In this document: in pieces, positions 15,323 to 20,659 of the stretch | How the letters are laid out: each line of letters opens with the position of its first letter | How positions within the stretch are numbered: the stretch's first letter is position 1 | DNA from: Nitrososphaeria archaeon | GTDB taxonomy: Archaea > Thermoproteota > Nitrososphaeria > Geothermarchaeales > JDFR-13 | Assembly: GCA_027047855.1 (NCBI GenBank) | Contig: JALTTZ010000090.1 | Location: forward strand, 1-20,659 | Direction: 5' to 3' | DNA: 20,659 nucleotides | Notes under the pieces: model-generated | The model's database searches: none | The model's input: only the letters and a program-made list of their open reading frames with translations | Told to the model about the DNA's origin: nothing | Program-made: the position numbers and the translations under genes

Positions 15323-15722
15323 CGTTTACCACTATGTCGTAAGTAAAGTCTGCACCAGCCTTCATCAGGGTTATCGAGGCACTACAATACTTATCTAGAC
15401 TTAGTTTCACCGCCTTCTCCACCGACTCCCTATCAACATCACCCTCAACAATATACCTTACCCTAACCTTCTCATAGATCCTGGGATAATCACCCCTCCT
15501 CTTCCCATCAATCTCGACGCGCAAAGACCTAAAATTCTTCCTCATCTTCCGAAGGATAGATACGACGTCTATCGCCGAACACGTGGCCGCTGCAATGAGA
15601 AGCAGCTCCATCGGAGAAAAATATTTTTTCTCCTCCTTCTTCCTACCATCCACGATAATAAGCCTCCCATCATCAGACTCAGCCAAAAAAACATAATTAT
15701 CGAGATATTTTATGGTAAACAT
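15309..15722 (-). CDS. OsmC/Ohr family (peroxiredoxin-like) protein
   Basis: 137 aa. Both conserved Cys contexts are present: LLLIAAATCSAIDVVSIL and LSLDKYCSASITL. Confidence 0.8.
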   Translation of the reverse strand: MFTIKYLDNYVFLAESDDGRLIIVDGRKKEEKKYFSPMELLLIAAATCSAIDVVSILRKMRKNFRSLRVEIDGKRRGDYPRIYEKVRVRYIVEGDVDRESVEKAVKLSLDKYCSASITLMKAGADFTYDIVVNGDGE

Positions 15723-15801
15723 TTACACCACCCATTAGATAACAAAATACATCAAACTCGCTTGATATAAAATATATAATTATTAATATCAGGTGACAAC
15801 C

Positions 15802-16275
15802 CTATATTGACTTTACAGCCCTCCATACAGCATCACCTATGTGATGCAAGTTCTTAACCACCTTTCCTTTAACCATTTGTGGAAGCATACTCGAATTCAC
15901 AAGAGCTACCCCAACCGCGATTACATTTCCATATTCCTCAACCTTCACCACCACAACATCATTAACACTAAAACTTGTGTAGGAAACTATGCCCGGCCTC
16001 ATCACATCGGCACCATTAGCAATGTATTTAACCGCCCCCTTGTCAACTACAACTAACCCATAACCCTCGAAACGGTCTATAGAGCTGATATATGGGATAT
16101 AAATACCCCCTACATTTACAATAGTAGGTTCATCATCAACAAGTATCAATTCACGATCCTTTACCACAATAGACTTTATATTCTTCGTCTTAGGCAGCTT
16201 ATGGCTCAACCCCCGCCTCACGATAGCCTTCAGTATCTCTTTATAACGTTTCTTACTAATCTGCCTAACCTCCAT
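15802..16275 (-). CDS. PUA-domain RNA-binding protein (MCT-1/Tma20-like)
   Basis: The C-terminal PUA pattern is VVVDKGAVKYIANGADVMRPGI...GNVIAVGVAL. The start is trimmed to ATG 16275 (MEVRQISKK); the tracked ORF extends to 16308. Confidence 0.75.
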   Translation of the reverse strand: MEVRQISKKRYKEILKAIVRRGLSHKLPKTKNIKSIVVKDRELILVDDEPTIVNVGGIYIPYISSIDRFEGYGLVVVDKGAVKYIANGADVMRPGIVSYTSFSVNDVVVVKVEEYGNVIAVGVALVNSSMLPQMVKGKVVKNLHHIGDAVWRAVKSI

Positions 16276-16316
16276 CCTACATACCCACCAAACCACACAA
16301 ATCCTCAATAGACCAT

Positions 16317-17255
16317 TTATTCATCTATAATTGTGAGCCAATACTTATATCTATCAACTTTACCCCTCACAACATCTTCATAGAGATCTTGAATGCGCCT
16401 CGTTATCCTACCAGGATTCCCATCACCTATAGTAAATCCATCAATCTCAACCACCGGACTTACCTCAGCCGCAGTCCCCACCATAAAAACCTCGTCAGCT
16501 TTATACAATTCACTAAGAAGAAGACGCTTCTCAACCACCTCCACTCCCAGTACTTCCCGAGCTAACAAAATAACAGTATCCCTAGTTATGCCTGGTAATA
16601 TATCACTCGATACTGGGGGAGTATATAGAAGCCCATTCTTAACAACAAAAATATTTTCACCACTACATTCTGCCACATAACCCCATTCATCCAGGAGCAA
16701 AACCTCATCCACACCCCTACCCCCTAACCTAGCTATAACGCTATTTACATAGTAACCCGATATCTTAGCATCCAAAGGCACACTAAACCTAGATAAACGC
16801 CTCCACCTACTTGTCTTCACCCTAGATCCTTTCCCAAAAGCCTCACCCAGATACTTACCATAACTCCACCCCCCGATAGCAATAGAATACCTATCACCAT
16901 ACCTAGACAGATCTATACCCAGATAATCATCCATATTGTAAAAAGCTATAGGCCTAATATAACCGTCCCCCAAGCCATTAGCCCTCACAACCTGGATTAC
17001 CGCATCCCTAAGCTCGTCTAAGGAATATTTAGAGACCATACCCAGAACACTCATCGAATACTGAAATCGCTTCAAATGATCATCCAACCTAAAAACGACG
17101 GTAGTACCCTCCCCAGTAGAATAACACCTAATGCCCTCAAAAGCCGCAGAACCATAGTGAAGAGCATGAGACATAACATGAACTCTAGCTTCACTCCACT
17201 CAACAAGCTCTCCATCGAACCAGATATACTTACCCCTAGGCAACCCACCCACCAA
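16317..17255 (-). CDS. ilvE: Branched-chain amino acid aminotransferase (fold type IV)
   Basis: HALHYGSAAFEGIRCY, a DAKISGYYVNS-type lysine context, ECSGENIFVVKNG..YTPP, ILPGITR and GTAAEVSPV match IlvE. Confidence 0.9.
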   Translation of the reverse strand: MVGGLPRGKYIWFDGELVEWSEARVHVMSHALHYGSAAFEGIRCYSTGEGTTVVFRLDDHLKRFQYSMSVLGMVSKYSLDELRDAVIQVVRANGLGDGYIRPIAFYNMDDYLGIDLSRYGDRYSIAIGGWSYGKYLGEAFGKGSRVKTSRWRRLSRFSVPLDAKISGYYVNSVIARLGGRGVDEVLLLDEWGYVAECSGENIFVVKNGLLYTPPVSSDILPGITRDTVILLAREVLGVEVVEKRLLLSELYKADEVFMVGTAAEVSPVVEIDGFTIGDGNPGRITRRIQDLYEDVVRGKVDRYKYWLTIIDE

Positions 17256-17382
17256 ACAAATAAAAAAGAAAGCATATACACAGAAACTATTTAAAACCTA
17301 AACTAAGCCTCACCAAACCACCGTATTAATGTGAATAATGATTATATACTTATATACATGTATTACAGCATATATTTCCATA

Positions 17383-17616
17383 ATGAAGAGGGTATTTAGC
17401 TTCAAGATTGATGAGGAATTGTGGAGAGAGATGAAGAGACATCCATATATAAACTGGAGTGAGGTTATTCGAGAAGCCATAGCAAAGAGGTTATCCCAAG
17501 AAAAAGGGAGCAGAGTGGGATACGCCGTTAAACTACACATGGAAGCACTATCCAAGATCCAGCCAAGCGACACAGACATAACCGAAATCATAAGAAAATA
17601 TAGGGATCGAAGATGA
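17383..17616 (+). CDS. vapB: RHH/CopG-type antitoxin (VapB-like)
   Basis: MKRVFSFKIDEELWREMKRHPYINWSEVIREAIAKRL reads as beta-strand, helix, helix. Its stop overlaps the PIN gene start (ATGA at 17613-17616). The start is trimmed from the tracked 17338. Confidence 0.75.
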   Translation: MKRVFSFKIDEELWREMKRHPYINWSEVIREAIAKRLSQEKGSRVGYAVKLHMEALSKIQPSDTDITEIIRKYRDRR

Positions 17617-18023
17617 AGACACTAATATTAGACGCATCGGTATTAGCAAAGACCTTCGTAAAAGAAGACAATAGCGACAAAGCAATGGAATTAATAGACG
17701 GATACCTAAAAGGAGAATACAGCATAATAATATCAGAACTAACCATATGGGAAGTACTAAACGCACTTAAGTACCATAAAGCATTCCCAAACGAGATGCT
17801 AGCTAAAGTAGGTGAAGCACTATACTACTACGGCTTCGAGATAACCAGCCTCAACCTAGAACTCATACTCAAAACCATCGAGATAGCAACAGAAAATAAT
17901 ATAACAATATACGACGCAACATACCTAGCACTCACAGAACTACATAAAGGCGAATTCATAACAGCCGACAAGAAACTATATGAAAAAATACACAGCAAAT
18001 ACCCAACCAGACTACTCAAATAA
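17613..18023 (+). CDS. vapC: PIN-domain ribonuclease toxin (VapC)
   Basis: MKTLILDASVL carries the first acidic residue. ISELTIWEV, IYDATYLALT and FITADKKL follow in the spacing typical of the PIN acidic residues. Confidence 0.85.
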   Translation: MKTLILDASVLAKTFVKEDNSDKAMELIDGYLKGEYSIIISELTIWEVLNALKYHKAFPNEMLAKVGEALYYYGFEITSLNLELILKTIEIATENNITIYDATYLALTELHKGEFITADKKLYEKIHSKYPTRLLK

Positions 18024-18101
18024 AATATCTACAGAAAATGAATGTCTGCATTAGAATCAAACCCACATATAAAAACAAACTTAGGTAAATAATTTCTGGA
18101 T

Positions 18102-19649
18102 ATGCTGCCGCACTTCACACCTATAGTAAGTCCCGAGGCCTTGGAACATATTGGCGGATTACTAGATGAATTCCAATACGCCATACTCCCCTACTATTTG
18201 GTTTGGCACGATGACCCCACCTCACTCAAACACGAGTTAAGCAAATATGATGTTGAGTGGATATTGTCAAGCATAATGCCTGACGAGGCTCTGCTGAGAA
18301 GTGATATACACATCCGGTTCCTCGAATTCGCGTCTAAAATGGGGGTTAGACACCTAGTTGTCTGGGATATGCCCACATACCTAGAGAATTATGAAGATAG
18401 CCTGAGGAATACCGAGATATCCATAAATAGGCTCCTATGGTTCAGAGAGAACTACCAACATAACATTATTCCATTGGCGAAGGGAGCTTATCCAGAACAG
18501 CTAAGGATATCCTTGGAGAACATATTAGGCTTAGGTTATGAAGTGGTCGCCTTCCACGTAAGTGAGTATCTAACAAGTAGATTGCCCCCCTATCCGTACA
18601 TAGATGACAAGACATTGACGGCCAAAGACTATATGATGCAGATGATCAAGGTCATAACTGAATACCCCTTCAATGAGATACTCTTGATTGGGGTGGGTAA
18701 TCCAAAGACGGTTAGGGAGCTGGATTGGGACGACAGGTTTAGATATGCCGGATACTCATGGTATATAGATGGAAAGAACTTCAGGCTATATACAGGCGAG
18801 AAGGTCATCGACGTCGGTTACAGATATTTTGAGTGTAGCTGCCCAGCCTGTAAATACACCCCACCATTAATTAGGAGAAGAACCTCCCTGCCCGGGCATA
18901 ATCTACTCATCATCCGGGGGGTTGCCGAGGATGAGGAGGTAATAGAGCCAAGGATATATGAACTCATAGCGGATCACCATGAGGACATCCTAATCATATC
19001 CGGCCTCTACGTCGGAAACAGATACAGTAGGTGGCGTGAAGCCATTAAAGTAATTGAGGAGATGGAGCCGAGCCACCTAATATTCCTGGGCAACACATTC
19101 CATGTAGGCGAAGACACCATATACAATATGTGGAGAGAATTCCTAGAATGGCTAGTAAACTATTGCAACGGAACAGGGACACTTATCCATGTGGTTAAGG
19201 GGGTTTGGGAGACCTGGCCTGTAGACATACTAAAAAACAGGTATACAGTATACCTCGGTGTAGAGGACCCCCTACAAACCAGGCTAGAACCTGAGGAGAA
19301 GTATCCCTTAGGCCTCCTCCATAGATTCTACACGCCCTCATGGACAAAGATGCACATAAGAAAATATACATTGGATGGATCGATAGACATATACGTATAC
19401 ACCCTAAACAAGTACCACGACACTCTAACCCCAGAAGAGGCTGAGGAGTGGCTCACAAACGAAAAACGATTCAAACAAATAGATATGCTATACACAGACC
19501 TAACAACCTACCCCATACTAAACCAAGAAGAGGGGATCGGAAGCCCAGGAATATGGCTAAGGAAGATAGAGGCAAGAACCCCATCCAAACCCGGGGCAAT
19601 ACACATAAACAACAAGGGAGAAGCAAAGCTAATAACACCAGAGGAATAA
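18102..19649 (+). CDS. Uncharacterised 515-aa protein: divergent TGT/DpdA-like transglycosylase barrel (aa 1-~285) fused to a degenerate calcineurin-type phosphoesterase-like domain (aa ~290-400) plus a C-terminal region
   Basis: Ordered motif matches to the tRNA-guanine transglycosylase family: FTPIVSP (aa 5-11), VVWDMPTY (86-93), LLIGVGNPKTV (194-204), ELDWDD (206-211), and CSCPAC-x15-HNL (245-268) as the Zn site. These are followed by ILIISGLYVGN (296-306), HLIFLGNTFH (325-334) and LIHVVKGVWE (361-370). Those three are spaced like metallophosphoesterase motifs I-III, but every metal ligand is substituted. This is a by-eye call and needs profile or structure confirmation. Confidence 0.45.
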   Translation: MLPHFTPIVSPEALEHIGGLLDEFQYAILPYYLVWHDDPTSLKHELSKYDVEWILSSIMPDEALLRSDIHIRFLEFASKMGVRHLVVWDMPTYLENYEDSLRNTEISINRLLWFRENYQHNIIPLAKGAYPEQLRISLENILGLGYEVVAFHVSEYLTSRLPPYPYIDDKTLTAKDYMMQMIKVITEYPFNEILLIGVGNPKTVRELDWDDRFRYAGYSWYIDGKNFRLYTGEKVIDVGYRYFECSCPACKYTPPLIRRRTSLPGHNLLIIRGVAEDEEVIEPRIYELIADHHEDILIISGLYVGNRYSRWREAIKVIEEMEPSHLIFLGNTFHVGEDTIYNMWREFLEWLVNYCNGTGTLIHVVKGVWETWPVDILKNRYTVYLGVEDPLQTRLEPEEKYPLGLLHRFYTPSWTKMHIRKYTLDGSIDIYVYTLNKYHDTLTPEEAEEWLTNEKRFKQIDMLYTDLTTYPILNQEEGIGSPGIWLRKIEARTPSKPGAIHINNKGEAKLITPEE

Positions 19650-19692
19650 CCGGCAGAGATTCATAACACAGAAAACACACTTAATTATATTT

Positions 19693-20586
19693 GTGGGGCA
19701 ATACTCCAGCGGCGAAACCCCAGAAACAAGAGAGACACAGCAACTAACCCTAGACATAAGCATCGACAGAGAAAAATACCTATACATACACCTAAAGAAA
19801 AGCATCCTAGAAAAACTAGGAATAAAAGAACCCGGCATCTACAAACTAACCCTAAAACTAAACGGAGAGACCTACACCACCTACATACACATCAAAAAAC
19901 TAAAGAAACAGAAACTAAACCTACCCCCAAAATACCAGGGCAAAACCAAAGCAACAATAACAAACATAGAAAAATACAACCTAGAAAAAATACTCCAAAC
20001 AATAAACAAACACTACAGAGAAGGCCATATAGACTACACAATAATCCAAGAAAATGGTAATAACTACCTCAAAATAGGTAACGTAACCAAAGAAATAAAG
20101 AAAATGAACATCAGAATCTACCAAGGCACAATAAACCTAGACATAGAGATAGACGCGGCACCAGAAAAAACCCTACGCCTACAAATAAGAATACAAGATG
20201 ATAAACCAGAACTATACTACAACATAAGAGGAAAATACACGTACTACAAAATAACAAAAATAAAAACAACACCAGATGTAACAGTACTAATATACAAAGA
20301 AACAGAAAAAGGAAAGAAAGTAGATAGACACGTATACATTCTTCCCACCGAAGTATCTAGAAATATGAAAAAGATCCTAGAAAGTCTGAAAATAAGAGAT
20401 TTTAGGTTTTTAGATAGAGAAAGAATGTTTGGACGTATATTTGAAGTATATAAAATAATTCTAGAACCTAAAACAAAACTACAAATAGATGCATTTTTGG
20501 ATTATACATACAGAATTTACTTTAGTACACCCAACTGGAGATATGGCCAACAAAGAAAGGGAAAAGATCGGACTTATCATTGCTGA
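19693..20586 (+). CDS. Lysine-rich 297-aa orphan protein, possible AbrB/SpoVT-like N-terminal DNA-binding domain
   Basis: The frame stays open across a T-poor region in which the other two frames are full of cTAAa/aTAAa stops. YIHLKKSILEKLGIKEPGIYKLTLKLNG resembles the AbrB-like (v)tIPKeireklGikeGdkv pattern. GTG 19693 is the only usable start upstream of aa 147, and it lies 43 nt after the preceding stop, so the two genes are probably co-transcribed. Confidence 0.5.
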   Translation: MGQYSSGETPETRETQQLTLDISIDREKYLYIHLKKSILEKLGIKEPGIYKLTLKLNGETYTTYIHIKKLKKQKLNLPPKYQGKTKATITNIEKYNLEKILQTINKHYREGHIDYTIIQENGNNYLKIGNVTKEIKKMNIRIYQGTINLDIEIDAAPEKTLRLQIRIQDDKPELYYNIRGKYTYYKITKIKTTPDVTVLIYKETEKGKKVDRHVYILPTEVSRNMKKILESLKIRDFRFLDRERMFGRIFEVYKIILEPKTKLQIDAFLDYTYRIYFSTPNWRYGQQRKGKDRTYHC

Positions 20587-20659
20587 GAAATTCTTAAAAA
20601 GAAAAGGATTCTCGATAGAAAGTTCGCTTCTCTATCGAGAAGAAACACGTCGAGGAATA
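20543..20659 (+). CDS. 5' end (39 codons) of an ORF running off the window; N-terminus resembles PD-(D/E)xK nucleases (YraN/Hjc-like)
   Basis: My translation is MANKEREKIGLIIAEKFLKRKGFSIESSLLYREETRRGI. The ExxGxxxAxxxLxxxGF pattern is typical of the first helix-strand of small restriction-fold nucleases. It overlaps the end of the 297-aa ORF by 44 nt in another frame. Confidence 0.3.
   Translation, partial: MANKEREKIGLIIAEKFLKRKGFSIESSLLYREETRRGI

Noticed and set aside
17310-18019. Minus-strand ORFs 17310-17591, 17548-17766 and 17828-18019
   Set aside because: They are Leu/Cys/Ile-rich products of reading the G/T-rich complement of the well-supported vapBC genes. No family resemblance.
19679-19691. 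TATA-like cttaattatattt as the promoter of the 297-aa ORF
   Set aside because: It lies immediately next to the only available start codon (GTG 19693). A transcript initiating about 25 nt downstream would lack the start. Co-transcription with the upstream gene is more likely, so it is not reported as a promoter.
19448-19838. ORFs 19448-19666 (+), 19471-19680 (-) and 19629-19838 (-)
   Set aside because: They are alternative-frame or antisense products within the skewed block. The minus-strand ORFs look hydrophobic only because of T-rich second codon positions. None is as long as or as consistent with coding as the 515-aa and 297-aa frames.

Overview
This is a crenarchaeal-looking chromosome segment. 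The Thermoproteales-like lineage is my inference from multi-intron tRNAs, TATA-driven and often leaderless genes, and gene order. All calls come from reading the sequence and ORF translations by eye; no searches were run.

- 1-9.6 kb: a conserved minus-strand translation/secretion block. It contains alaS (partial), rpl12-rplP0-rpl1-rpl11-spt5-secE, dtdA-argF, and ftsY-pfdA-eif6-rpl31e-rpl39e-PDCD5-like-rps19e.
- 9.7-14.8 kb: three tRNA genes, all with introns. tRNA-Met has two introns; tRNA-Phe and tRNA-Ala have non-canonical ones. The region also holds a candidate C/D box sRNA sharing one TATA box with tRNA-Met, a decayed methyltransferase, an orphan antitoxin, an FAD oxidoreductase, a free-standing HTH-LAGLIDADG gene in an AT-rich islet, and uppP.
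- 14.8-17.3 kb: PaaI-type thioesterase, OsmC, a PUA protein and ilvE.
- 17.3-20.7 kb: an accessory cassette. It contains vapBC and a 515-aa protein that I read as a very divergent TGT/DpdA-like base-exchange barrel fused to a catalytically degenerate calcineurin-type phosphoesterase domain. It also contains a 297-aa lysine-rich orphan with an AbrB-like N-terminus and the start of a nuclease-like ORF. This cassette is my best candidate for an undescribed system (nucleic-acid base exchange or modification, possibly defence-linked).

Separately, the window shows a mosaic of keto/amino (G+T versus A+C) strand skew at synonymous sites. The skew flips inside genes, and two of the flips lie directly downstream of convergent tRNA genes.
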